Below, in pieces: positions 20,070 to 32,702 of a DNA stretch of 64,000 nucleotides. The stretch is from Enoplolaimus lenunculus (taxonomy: Eukaryota). Numbering within the stretch: the stretch's first letter is position 1; each line of letters starts with the position of its first letter. A program made the translations under genes and the position numbers. The stretch covers positions 62,001 to 126,000 of the forward strand of contig JASANG010001013.1 in NCBI GenBank assembly GCA_030248215.1, in the 5' to 3' direction. A model generated the notes under the pieces. That model saw only the letters and a program-made list of their open reading frames with translations. It was not told the DNA's origin and did no database searches.

Positions 20070-23000
20070 CTGGGCAATGTCGATTGCATTCTTCGAGGGT
20101 TAGAAAATTGTTTTGATTACCAGTCCGACCATGATAAGTAAATTCTTCACAAGCTCGGAGTTCTGAATTGTAGTAATATCGTGTCAGGCGTGCGAGGCCA
20201 ATTCCAGGCGCTTGAGGTACACTGCATGGATTTGTTGCTAAAACTTACACTGTAAATTGAGTTAATTAATACAATTCAGATGGAAAGTTTGTTATTTCTG
20301 AGTTAATAACATTAAAATTTAACTCGCTCTGTAGTTGAGCTGATTCTCACTCTGAGTTGAGTTGAACACACTTAAGGAATTAAGCTAATATGCGAATTAG
20401 TTATCCGCTAACTATTCATTTATCGGTTTTGGAGGTTTGTGAACAACTTATTCAAATTCCTCGCATCCAAAAATTCTTCAGTAACACTAAAAGTTTGTGA
20501 AATATTGCAAAAAGTTCTAACTTAAGTTTATCAAATATGCTAATATGCAAATTAGTTATTAGCTAACTATTAAATTATCGGTTGTAAAGGTTTGTAAACA
20601 ATTTAGATTCGTCGCACCCAAAAACTTTTTATTGCTGAAATTAGATTGCTTTTAACCCTAATAATTAGTGAAATATTTTAAAAACTTCTAATTTAGGCTG
20701 AACCAATTATGCAAATTAGCTTGTAGCTAATAAACGGCTTAAAATTTTAAAACACCCATGCGAGGTGAACACCCCAGGATAACAAGCTTTCGAACGAAAT
20801 AACTTTATCAAAATCGGTTCCGCGGTTCCTGAGATTCTTTTCGGACGGACGGATGGACAGACGGACAGCCACATTTCGACCCCCGAGCATAAAACGCTTC
20901 GTGAAACTCCGAGCTTCGCTCCGAGTTTCACTTGGCTCAATCAGCGAATATACCAGATAGTATATAACTGGTAAAGAAACAAACTGATAGCAATAAAGAA
21001 GTCAAGTGGAAAAACGAGTAAAAAATTTAGTATAAAATTTCTAAAAATTCAAAATAATTTACGTGTTTACCAGAATCATTGAAATACAAAGAACATCGAT
21101 ACTTTTTTTCAAAATATTTTCTTTGGCTGTAGGTTGATAGGTGCTACAGTTATTTGAGAATATTTCCTAATAAAATTGCACTTACGGCCTGGGCAACAGA
21201 CAGTTGTCTGGGGTCGATCTCCTAAGTGACACCAAAAGTTGACCGGACATTCGCGGTCGGCGACGCTACAAAATATCGTCTGTCCATTGGGATCTTTTGC
21301 TGGTTGACCATTGCATGGATTTTCGGCTTCTAAAATTCAAAAAAAATCAAGTAAAATTATTGCGTCAAATTTTCATTTCCACTAAAGACTTCAACAATAT
21401 TGTGATACAGTTCAACCGAGTTGCTTTGAGGGGCGTACCGTTTTTCTGTGGGACTCCAATAGAGCAAACTTAAGGTTTAGACAACAACCTGTTGCTTTAG
21501 GCTTTTAAGCTTGGGCTTAGGTCTTAGCTTATATCTAGGCTTATTTTTACGCTGAGGCTTGACCTTAGTCATATGCTTATATTCAACGATACGCTGGTTT
21601 AGTAACATTGGCCGTTATAAGCAGAGTGGGACATTACCAGCGGGAATCTGCGTATAAACGCGGCGTCGGGTGAAAAAATTTCAGCCGTGGGTATACATGC
21701 GAGTAAAGATTTGTTTCACGCGGGTCAAAATTTACAAATTGTCTGTTGTATTTCCGGTCAGTTGCTGTCCGATGCTTTATTTAGTGCGGTTTGAAATTTT
21801 GTTGTTTCCGGTAAACCTGAAATGTTTCGGTCTGATACTTTTGTACGGATCGACGATAGCAGCGTAGCCAGAGTTTCATTCTGAGAGGGCATAACTTTGT
21901 TTAAAAGAAAATTTTGCGATCTTTAATGTATAGAAGGTTATATATTCACTAGAAATTGCACTGAGTTGATTATTCAATTCAGCTTAGCGAGTTGGTTATA
22001 TTTGAATTAATATCAATAAACGTTAACTCACTCTGAATTGAGTTCATTCTCACTCTGAGTTGAGTTGACTCAGGGTGAGTTGATTAATTAACTCAGAGTA
22101 AATTGAATCAACTCAAAATTTTGAGTTCTGATAGTCCTTACTCATACTGAGTGAATCAACTCATTCTGAGGTAAAATCAACTCACTGAAATTTACAATGT
22201 TCAACAACAGGTCAAATCTGGTTATTTCTGTTTGTCTGCAGAAATTTTGTTTCGGGCTACGAAATAACCATTTCATCTGTTTTCCTGCATACGGCCCTTG
22301 TTCAATTGCCAAAAATACCAAAGAAAACGAAATTTTTACGTTGACAAGTCCGCATGCACATTTCTTGTGACACGAAATTGTTTTGATTTCCCATGCGTCC
22401 GCCGTAGACAAACTGGCGACAGGTTCTTGCTGCTGAATCGTAGTACCATCGTTGTAACGCCGCGTCACCTTGACCCAAATCTTGACCCAAATTGCAAGGG
22501 TTTCGAGCTGAAATGTTAACAGGTTTAATTAAAGCTGGAACGCTCGACATATGTATTTTGGGTAACTTTTCAGCATTAATACTTTGTAATATTTTTTCTT
22601 ACAACACAAATATAACTGTTCTGTGAAAACAAAATTTGCATGCTGATTGTTGTGCATTCGCTAACTTTTGCACATTGCACAAAGCCGCCTGGCTAGTTGT
22701 ATTATAATAGTCAAGGTTTCATTAAAAAAAGGCTAGAAGAAGTTGATTTTTTTTATCCATATAACTTTTATAAGACATCAAAAGGGTAGGAAAATTCTGA
22801 CAATTGCCAGTATCGTAAAAAATGTACTACAGCCTATCAGACCAGTTTAGTGATTGGTTTCAAATTGACAAATTTTTGCACTTGCGTTTTCTCAAAATTG
22901 GCGCAGAAGTACGACAAATGAAATGTCAAAAACGTGCTGAATTTTTGAATTTCTCAATTATAGTTCAAAAGTTACGAAACCTATTACCAACTGGCGATAG

Positions 23001-26000
23001 TGCTATACACAAATTTGAGAGTACGAGTTATAGTGTAAAGCAAGTTTTATTGTAAAAAAATTCATTTACCTCCTGAACAGCAAATGGTCGACTCTTCATC
23101 GGCGCCAACGTGGCACCAATATCCAGAAGGACACGATCCCAATGGACTTATGGCGCTGCATCGTTTCGCTTCTTGAGTTGAAAGATCTTTTAACGGAGGT
23201 CCAGTGGAACAGATTGGAGGAGCCGCTGAAACATTACAAACTTTTAAACAAAAATTTGACATAAATCACAGTATAAAGTTATAGCAACGCTATGTCTTTT
23301 ATAACGTTTAATGGGCCATGTTATACTTTTAGGAGCGTCTCGTTTTCGCCTACGGCTACAATATGTTACACTTTCGACTAATGTTTTGCTTAGGATTCAG
23401 GTTACAGGCTTAGGAATATGGGCCCATATAAAGATTAGGGGCGGAACGTTTTTCTGTGGGACTAGAAAAGAATAAGCTTGAACTTTAGACGAATTTTTTG
23501 CTTGGCTTAGGCTTACGCCCAGGCTTAAGTTTAGGAATATGCTCATTACGCTTAGGTTTAGGCTTAGGCTTAGGCTTTAGGCTTAGGAACAAGCTTATAG
23601 TGCTGTTGCGCCCCTATTCAGTACATTGGCCCATATCATTAATATCAGTCCGCATTAATACAGAATACATTTTGTATCTTTTCAAGACAAACCAAAGTTT
23701 GGCTTGGCAACGCTAAACTTACAATTCCTCACCCCCTGGCTTATCTGCGTCCCTGGTATTTTCTGGTTCATCTACATACATTAGCTAAGTACGTCAAATA
23801 AGCTTACTTTTACATAATTCGTTACACTCGTCTTGTGTCAAAAAATTGTTCTGATTTCCCATAAAACCACGATACGTAAATTGTTGACAGTCATTAATTG
23901 CTACGTTGTAGTACCACCTGAAATACTTAGCCAAATGATTCTTGAAGTTTTATGATAAACTGACGAATATATATACTATTTAGCTTGAATCTAAGCCTAT
24001 TACTTTTATCCCGGTTTAACTTTGCTATTTTACAGATAAACCGTTTGCCTCGTACAGTATCATATTTGGGCCAATGTAACGAACAGGGTGGAACAGTAAT
24101 ATAAGCATATTCCTAAGCCTAAGCTTAAGCGTAAAAATGAGTTTATTCATAAGCTTTAAGCGTAAGTCTAAGCCTAAGCGTAAGAACGAGTTTATTCATA
24201 AGCTTTAAGCCTAAGTCTAAGCCTAAGCGTAAGAATGAGTTTATTCATAAGCTTTAAGCCTAAGTCTAAGCCTAAGCGTAAGAATGAGTTTATTCATAAG
24301 CTTTAAGCCTAAGTCTAAGCCTAAGCGTAAGAATGAGTTTATTCATAAGCTTTAAGCCTAAGTCTAAGCCTAAGCGTAAGAATGAGTTTATTCATAAGCT
24401 TTAAGCCTAAGTCTAAGCCTAAGCGTAAGAATGAGTTTATTCATAAGCTTTAAGCCTAAGTCTAAGCCTAAGCGTAAGAATGAGTTTATTCATAAGCTTT
24501 AAGCCTAAGTCTAAGCCTAAGCGTAAGAATGAGTTTATTCATAAGCTTTAAGCCTAAGTCTAAGCCTAAGCGTAAGAATGAGTTTATTCATAAGCTTTAA
24601 GCCTAAGTCTAAGCCTAAGCGTAGAATGAGTTTATTCATAAGCTTTAAGCCTAAGTCTAAGCCTAAGCAGTAAGAATGAGTTTATTCATAAGCTTTAAGC
24701 CTAAGTCTAAGCCTAAGCGTAAGAATGAGTTTATTCATAAGCTTTAAGCCTAAGTCTAAGCCTAAGCGTAAAATAATTTATTCATAAGCTTTAAGCCTAA
24801 GTCTAAGCCTAAGCGTACGAATGTGTTTATTCATAAGCTTTAAGCCTAAGTCTAAGCCTAAGCGAAGAATAGTTTATTCATAAGCTTTAAGCCTAAGTCT
24901 AAGCCTAAGCGTAAGAATGAGTTTATTCATAAGCTTTAAGCCTAAGTCTAAGCCTAAGCGAAAATTTTTAAAGCTTTAAGCCTAAGCCTAAGCCTAACAT
25001 AAAAAGAAATATCAATAAGTTTACAGTCATAATTTACCCTAAATCAGGTAAGCCTAAGCGTAAGAATGAGTTTATTCATAAGCTTTAAGCCTAAGTCTAA
25101 GCCTAAGCGTAAGAATGAGTTTATTCATAAGCTTTAAGCCTAAGTCTAAGCCTAAGCGTAAGAATGAGATTATTCATGAGCTTTTAAGCCTAAGTCTAAG
25201 CCTAAGCGAAAAAATTTTATTCATAAGCAAAAATTTTAAGCCTAAGTCTAAGCCTAAGCGTAAGAATGAGATTTATTCATAAGATTAAAGCCTAAGTCTA
25301 AGCCTAAGCGTAAGAATGAGTTTATTCATAAGCTTTAAGCCTAAGTCTAAGCCTAAGCGTAAGAATGAGTTTATTCATAAGCTTTAAGCCTAAGTCTAAG
25401 CCTAAGCGTAAGAATGAGTTTATTCATAAGCTTTAAGCCTAAGTCTAAGCCTAAGCGTAAGAATGAGTTTATTCATAAGCTTTAAGCCTAAGTCTAAGCC
25501 TAAGCGTAAGAATGAGTTTATTCATAAGCTTTTAAGCCTAAGTCTAAGCCTAAGCGTAAGAATGAGTTTATTCATAAGCTTTAAGCCTAAGTCTAAGCCT
25601 AAGCGTAAGAATGAGTTTATTCATAAGCTTTAAGCCTAAGTCTAAGCCTAAGCGTAAGAATGAGTTTATTCATAAGCTTTAAGCCTAAGTCTAAGCCTAA
25701 GCGTAAGAATGAGTTTATTCATAAGCTTTAAGCCTAAGTAAGCCTAAGCGTAAAATTAGTTAATTAATAAAAAAAAAAAAAAACAAAAAAAAAAAAAAAA
25801 AAAAAAAAACAAAAAAAAAAATTAAGCCTAAGTCTAAGCCTAAGCGTAAGAATGAGTTTATTCATAAGCTTTGAGCCTAAGTCTAAGCCTAAGCGTAAGA
25901 ATGAGTTTATTAAGCATAAGTACTTTAAGCCTAAGTCTAAGCCTAAGCGTAAGAATGAGTTTATTCATAAGCTTTAAGCCTAAGTCTAAGCCTAAGCGTA

Positions 26001-29000
26001 AGAATGAGTTTATTCATAAGCTTAAAGCCTAAGTCTAAGCCTAAGCGTAAGAATGAGTTTATACATTAACATTCATTAAGCCTAAGTCTAAGCCTAAGCG
26101 TAAGAATGAGTTTATTCATAAGCTTTAAGCCTAAGTCTAAGCCTAAGCGTAAGAATGAGTTTATTCATAAGCTTTTAAGCCTAAGTCTAAGGCTAAGCGT
26201 CAGAATGAGTTTATTCATAAGCTTTAAGCCTAAGTCTAAGCCTAAGCGTAAGAATGAGTTTATTCATAAGCTTTAAGCCTAAGTCTAAGCCTAAGCGTAA
26301 GAATGAGTTTATTCATAAGCTTTAAGCCTAAGTCTAAGCCTAAGCGTAAGAACGAGTTTATTCATAAGCTTTTAAGCCTAAGTCTAAGCCTAAGCGTAAA
26401 GAATGAGTTTATTCATAAGCTTTTAAGCCTAAGTCTAAGCCTAAGCGTAAGAATGAGTTTATTCATAAGCTTTTAGGCCTAAGTCTAAGCCTAAGCGTAA
26501 GAATGAGTTTATTCATAAGCTTTAAGCCTAAGTCTAAGCCTAAGCGTAAGAATGAGTTTATTCATAAGCTTTAAGCCTAAGTCTAAGCCTAAGCGTAAGA
26601 ATGAGTTTATTCATAAGCTTTAAGCCTAAGTCTAAGCCTAAGCGTAAGAATGAGTTTATTCATAAGCTTTAAGCCTAAGTCTAAGCCTAAGCGTAAGAAT
26701 GAGTTTATTCATAAGCTTTAAGCCTAAGTCTAAGCCTAAGCGTAAGAATGAGTTTATTCATAAGCTTTAAGCCTAAGTCTAAGCCTAAGCGTAAGAATGA
26801 GTTTATTCATAAGCTTTAAGCCTAAGTCTAAGCCTAAGCGTAAGAATGAGCATATTCCTAAGCGTAAGCCTATTGAGCGCGTCTGTACCAACAATCATTA
26901 TACGATACCTAACCAAGAAAACAGGTTTCAGGCAAAATTACACATTATAGGATTATAGGTAGGATCAGAAAGATTATAGCAAAGTTGTAATATCGGAACG
27001 TGTCAACTTCTGTAATTAAACTTTCCTATGAACCATATCGGCCTTAGACGCCAGGCACCGGTTTGCGGCACAGCGAAGTTATAAGAGTCACCGCCAGCGA
27101 ATCCAAAAGCGGGGCCGCCCCCATTAGAAATTTTGGTGTTAAAATGCTAAGGTTCCCCCCACCTTGCAATTTTTTACAATTTTCTCCGCAGCATTTATAG
27201 TAATAAACTGGTAGGTCCCTACCTTGCAACTTTTTTTGCGTTTCATAACATTTGCCAGCCCGCCGGCCCCCCGGCAGAAATTTTTGGATCCGTCTCTGAG
27301 CGCCACCCTAAAGATTCTAATTCAAATTTAAATTTATAATTCAATTTACCGTTGCAGATTGGCGTCTCCAACGCCAGGAGTCAACGATTGCTTGCAAGGA
27401 TCCGAAGCTGTAAAAGTATAAATTAAGTGTTTTATATTTCACTTTGTCAATCAAAATAAAACATTGAAGCTTAATCCAAAATCTACAATAACTTACGTAT
27501 TGTAGTGACACGAATAAGAAGGGGGAGGCTGATATTTATTTGGCCTCTCGAGTGGGTACCCCTGTTATTCGGTTATAGACTGTTATTTATCTTTAACCCA
27601 CTCTTCGCCGCCATTCGTTACTGATATCCGGTATTGCAAGTATGAGTTGGATTAAACGTTTTATTTGTCTTGTGTCAATAGTTTGAGCGATAATGCAAGG
27701 TTACACTTTGGAATCTACTTTCAAAATTAAAGTACGCTTTAAAACTCAAATTATTTGGGACTGGAGTCCTTTATGTTTTACAATTGGGGATAATTGACAT
27801 TTATGGACTCTAATTAGGGTAGGGACTCTATAAGCATACGAACTCTTGTTAGGGATACGGACTCCTATTGATTGAAACTCAAAATGGGGACCCCAAACTT
27901 ATTGCCCCCCTTATTCGGGTCACTACAGTACACAATGTAACGTAATTGCTTACTATAACATTGTATTGAACGCAGGGCCAATGTTACTTTTAAGGGCGTA
28001 ACAGTAGATTAAGCGTATTCCTCAGCCTAAGCCTAAGCCTAATCGTTGCAAAAGCGTATTCCAAAGCCTAAGCTTAAGCCTAACCGTCGCAAAAGTGTGT
28101 TCCTAAGCTTAAGCAATAAATGCAATCAACCTCCTCACCCTACTCTTTTATAGACCCACCAGAAACCTGCACGCCCCTTAAAGTAACATGAGTCGAACGC
28201 TGTACAAACTGTGAACGAAACATTCAGAATTGTGAATTTACGTTGAAAATTAAAACCAATTTTGCAATTCTGAAGGCAGGGGAACCACCGGATAGACTCA
28301 TCATTTGGCTCTATACTCAGGCATAATGGCTATGCGCGATAGCCATGACCTCACTTGATGCCGGTAACGCAACACCTAGTTAGCATGCGGCCACCACGGT
28401 AAACCGTTCTGTCACTGAAGCCAGCAGCCACCATTGGTGACTACCGATTCGTGTGCCTCTAGGATACGTAGCCTAGTCTGTGCTAAACTGAGACCTGAGA
28501 CCGAAAACAATACGGTGCTGTGAAATTGGCGTTTGAAATATTGATCCAGCCGAGATCTTATGATCACTGTAAGCATGTGAGAGATGCTTGTCCTGGTGCA
28601 TATGCAATAAAAGCAATGCACATTGTGTTGTACGGTCGACACTTATAGTCGACGAAAAACGCAGTTGGAGGGCCTGGCTGCGTGGCGCAGTGGTAGAGTG
28701 TTCGCTTAAGGATCCATAGGCTGAGGGTTCGATCCCCGCTCTAGCCCGCTTTTACAGCTGCTTAGTATAAGGTCTAAAGTCCCGCATCCTACACAGACTG
28801 ACAATCACCACTAATTCCACAGGCGCATGATATCACAACGCCAATTGCACCACCATATTTACAGCATGCAATCTTATTTGGTGATTTTTTTTCAGTTTTA
28901 CCTCTTGGACAGCATACGCTGGTTGACATATCGGCACCGATGTGGCACCAAAAGCCCGACGAGCATGAACCAGAAGTTGAACAGTACTGAGGGGCGCCGT

Positions 29001-31911
29001 TAGGCGCCTTGGCATAAGCGCCCGTTGAACACGGGTTGGTGAACGCTGAAACATCATTCCGACACCAGTTTTCAGTGTTATGGGTCTGTTAGGGTTGCGC
29101 TACACTCGCCGTGTGCCGTGGGACGCCACCGCGCGGCGCTGTATTACTTTTTATTACAAATTACCGCACGCCGCCTTGCGTCGATGTGTGGCGGCGCGCG
29201 GCGGCGTACGGCGGCGCGCGGCGGCGTACGGCGGCGTACGGCGGCGCGCGGCGGCGTACGGCGGCACTCGGCGACGTTCGGCTCAGTATAACGCAACCCT
29301 TACAGTTATAAACGAAACGAAACCAATCTAATTTTACAGTTTTGTGAAAAAATAACCCATATTATTCATATCCAGTAGGTCCCAAAAGCCCATAATAGAA
29401 AACGCCTTGAAAGCCAAAACCTAAACGAAAGCTTAAACATAAAAGTCTACTTCATACTGAGTATAAACCCAAGTCTGTCAATCTCAAAGTCGTGGGACTA
29501 TTTAATCTTAATACAGCGGTTTTACTCTATCCATAGCGCAAATTGAGTTCTACGACTCGCTGCGGTCAGTGTGAAAATAACAAAACTGAAAACATCCTTA
29601 CGGGGACACATTTGTTCGCATTCTTGTTTCGATAGGAAATTATTCTGATTGCCCATCATGCCAGAATAACTAAACGGGCGACACTCGAGCGCTGTGTTAT
29701 CGAAATACCATCGCGGTAAATTGTCACGACCGGAACCACGCGACTGTGCCATTTGACACGCATCTCCGGCTAAAATCGAAGGCCAGCAACTGGTAAATTT
29801 TCAAATTTTTTAATTTCAATGTTCATTAACCGCTTATCGCATGATTGTTTTCTATTTCATTTCAAAATGAAATGTCAAGCTAGAACTCGAATCGCTAGTC
29901 TTGCAGTTGAAACGCTATTACTATTAGCATTCAACTATAGGAGGCTCTTATGTCTTGTAGAGATTTTGTACTGCATACACGTGTGTTTGTTAAACACACT
30001 GCGTTGTGCAGTTATTGTGCATATACAGTTTGCATTTAGTTGCTCACAGTTTACTCTTATGTGGAAAAAAATCTAAAATAAACAAAAACCGTGAGTTGCA
30101 GTCAAAAATACTTTTTTGTTTACCTCCAGGGCAGCACATGGTTGATTCTTGAGTGGCGCCAATATGGCACCATGAGCCACCGGGACAACTCGCCACGCCG
30201 CCACCGCTGAGTGAACAGTATCGCGGGTCGCCGTTTGGTTGCTGTAAAAATTCGCCTGACGCACATGGATTTTCAATTTCTGAAACAAATATTAACAACT
30301 AAATTTTCAAATCTTAAATTAAAATACTTATACCATATGACTAAAATATTGCCTCAGATTGCGTAGAAATCGTTGTTAAAATTTTGGAAAATTTTGCATA
30401 TTCAACTCACTCGTTGTGCAAAGTGAGAGACGTTGTGGGATACTGATTTATTTTTGAAATCAGTTTTAAACCACTCGCAAAAGAATGTTACACTTTAAAC
30501 TGATCGACTCGAAGAATTCTCAGGCGAATTGGCTACGAGCCTGCATTTATTGCGCTGAATTAGCCTGCTACTCTGTGAAATTCTAGTTCCGCAGCTAGCG
30601 CAGTCAGACTGTTTCAAATTATACGACTAGCTAGCAGTTAGGTCCTACACACCGTTTAGGGCCAATGTTACTTTTAGGGGCGTAACAGTATTTAAGCCTA
30701 AGCCTAAGCCTAAGCCTAATCGTTGCAAAAGCGTATTCCTAAGCCTAAGCCTAAGCCTAAGCCTAAACCTAAACCTAAGCCAAAGCCAAAGCCTAAGCCT
30801 AAGCTTAAACATTGCAAAAACTTGTTCCTAAGCGTAAGCCTAATCGTTGCAAAAGCGTATTCCTAAGCCTAAGCCTAAGCCTAAGTCTAAGCAAAAAATG
30901 TAATATAGCATGTAATCCTACACTTTTACAGACCCACCAGAAACCATGACGCCCCTTAAAGTAACACGGGCCCAGTTTAGAATATGGCAAAATGTCGAAC
31001 CTTTTTCGCACAACACTTGACAAGCTTCTTTGGTGACAAAGTTGTTTTCGTTACCGCAACAACCGCTATAGTAGAACAGTTCACATTGGCGTGAATTTGG
31101 GTTATAGTACCATCGAGGGATACGGTATTCGCCGGTTCCGATCAACTGTGGAAGACTGCAAATTTTCGCGTTTGGATCTGCAATTAATCGTTAAACGGCC
31201 TTTAACATAATTGATTTTAGTTCAAAAATTGCTCAAGATACACAATTTTTATGCAATTGAAAGCAAATGACAGGGCTTGTAGCTACACTGTTTGAAAAAA
31301 GGTTGCCTCTAAGGGTAGCGCTATACTTTTGATGACCTCCGGCGCTGTCCGTCATTACCCACCACCCGTACGGCGCCGTCCGTCGCCATGCGTCACGATG
31401 CGGTATCGTACGCGAAACGTACCATGCCGTATGGTGACAGCCGGTGCCGTACGACAAGCATACACTGTAAATTCCAATGAGTTGAACAATCAACTCAGTT
31501 AGCGAGTTTGTTATTTCTCAATTAATACCAATAAGCATTACTCACTCTGACTTGAGTTGATTTACACTCTCAGTTGGTATGATTCCGGGTGGTGAGTTGA
31601 TCATTTAACTCATATTGAGTATGAATCAACTCACTAATCTGAGTTCTGATAGTCCTAACTCAGACTGAGTAATTCAATTCACTCTGAGTTAAAATCAACT
31701 CACTACAATTTACAGGGTAGTACAACCCTAATGCTCGGTTAATGTCTTGTTTAAGTAGAAATGGGGAAAATATAACCCCCTTTACTTATTTTATACTCCC
31801 GTCCTTTATGATAAGTCTTGGTCTATGCTATAAAATTCAAATTTTACCTTGAAATTGTCCATATGACGTTGACAATAGTGTCAAAACAAGACTAAATACT
31901 ATACGTAGCAT
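20070..31911 (-). CDS. Secreted protein with 5 Kunitz/BPTI domains alternating with 4 Lustrin/WR1-type Cys-rich repeats; 3' terminal exon not resolved
   Basis: Exons: 31911-31848 (signal peptide MLRIVFSLVLTLLSTSYGQFQ), 31177-31001 (KU1), 30279-30124, 29769-29602 (KU2), 29045-28902, 27407-27350 + 23917-23808 (KU3), 23225-23070, 22507-22340 (KU4), 21329-21186, 20237-20070 (KU5). Kunitz motif RWYY..C..F.Y.G..GN.NNF....C...C; repeat motif NPC...C..C...WCH(I/V/L)G....CCP. About 504 codons precede a GT donor at 20069. Confidence 0.9.
20365..20941 (-). mobile_element. Helentron-associated element, 3'-truncated copy
   Basis: Same GGAC microsatellite, ATCAAAATCGGTTC core and central repeats as 46573-47529. 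Confidence 0.75.
23421..23631 (-). mobile_element. Merlin-like MITE, subfamily A, with TTAGGC repeats
   Basis: Both TIRs are present, with internal TTAGGC/TTAGGT hexamer runs. Confidence 0.8.
24069..26872 (+). repeat. 49-bp telomere-like tandem array (about 56 units) beginning inside a Merlin-like MITE left end
   Basis: The unit is TAAGCCTAAGTCTAAGCCTAAGCGTAAGAATGAGTTTATTCATAAGCTT, with period 49 (e.g. 24181 to 24230). It is preceded by GGCCAATGTAACGAACAGGGTGGAACAGTAATATAAGCATATTCC at 24069. Confidence 0.95.
27500..27928. mobile_element. TA-flanked MITE with TIR CTGTAGTGACCCGAATAAG (Tc1/mariner-type)
   Basis: TIRs at both ends and TA flanks. A second full copy lies at 62581-63022. Confidence 0.85.
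27976..28194 (+). mobile_element. Merlin-like MITE, subfamily B, with TAAGCC repeats
   Basis: TIR GGCCAATGTTACTTTTAAGGGCGT / ACGCCCCTTAAAGTAACATGAGTC; TSD GAACGCAG/GAACGCTG (7/8). Confidence 0.85.
28567..28804 (+). mobile_element. Dispersed repeat with an internal tRNA-like segment (28676-28747)
   Basis: A-box TGGCGCAGTGG and B-box GGTTCGATCCC. The whole stretch aligns in reverse complement with 36846-37110. Confidence 0.75.
29092..29299. mobile_element. PIF/Harbinger-type (Tourist-like) MITE
   Basis: TTA|GGGTTGCGCTACAC...GTATAACGCAACCC|TTA with a GC-rich CGGCGGCGTA internal repeat. Relatives lie at 31313-31728, 41145-41318 and 55188-55393. Confidence 0.85.
30660..30972 (+). mobile_element. 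Merlin-like MITE, subfamily B, with long (TAAGCC)n tracts
   Basis: TIR GGCCAATGTTACTTTTAGGGGCGT / ACGCCCCTTAAAGTAACACGGGCC; TSD CCGTTTAG/CAGTTTAG (7/8). Confidence 0.88.
31313..31728. mobile_element. Harbinger-type MITE with nested CACTGTA MITE (31463-31717)
   Basis: TAA|GGGTAGCGCTATAC...CAACCC|TAA. The insert sits at a TA within the right TIR. Confidence 0.8.
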
Positions 31912-32702
31912 AATAAATGATTAGTATAGGAAATCTTTGAAAATTGTGCAGCGGAATTATATATTTGGCAACAGTCTTGTATTTAGGCAGTGTTCGGTCT
32001 GAAATATTACGTTCGATATGCGATAAAATTTGAAGTTTTGGAAATATTAATCATGCGATATTTGACAATTTCCTGCATTCAATTGAGTGTGCTTCAAGTT
32101 TATCAAATAGTTGTTTCGGGTTCATATTATCAATTGCGTACAGCACCTACCGACAGTTAGGCTTTCAAACTCACAAACTTTTGTAGTTGTGGATCTAAAA
32201 ATTTGCACCAAAGTTACACAAATCAAATTTGAAAAATATTTTGATTTTCAAAGACCGCAATTCGTTGCTAAAAAATCTGCCACAACTATCACGAACTGAT
32301 GGTGATAGGTGCTACACACTTTTGAGAATACGAGCACAAATTTGTGACCCATCCTGCACCAATGGTGGTTTCACAAACCGATAGATGCCATTCAGCCTTC
32401 AGGCAGGCTCATCGAAGTCTTTGGCATTAAGGTATGGTTAATATATACCCGTTTTGCGTCAAGCGTAAATTTTATATTGTGAACGACACATTGAACAAAG
32501 GAAATAGTTAACATTCAAAATTCAGAAATGAAAACTTACAACGAGTATGGTTTGCAACAAATTGCACCAAACGCGCAGATTTGTGGAGACGAAAAATGAA
32601 ATTTTAAAAACAAAGCGAAATGAAAAACTTTTTTTCTAAAAAAAAACGAAGTTTCCATTGTGAATGGGAAAATTGAAAAATGTTGCTCGACTTCGGGGTT
32701 TT

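Noticed and set aside
24760..25822. Corrupted units and an A-run (25760-25822) inside the 49-bp array, as insertions or a retroposed tail
   Set aside because: The A-biased noise keeps the repeat register and looks like low-quality consensus; there is no TSD or element body.
28225..28303. Possible C/D snoRNA on the minus strand (ATGATGA...CTGA)
   Set aside because: No convincing terminal stem, and no exact rRNA-complementary guide that I could identify.
29080..29331. Arg/Ala/Gly-repeat ORFs
   Set aside because: They are translations of the GC-rich interior of a Harbinger-type MITE in an intron.
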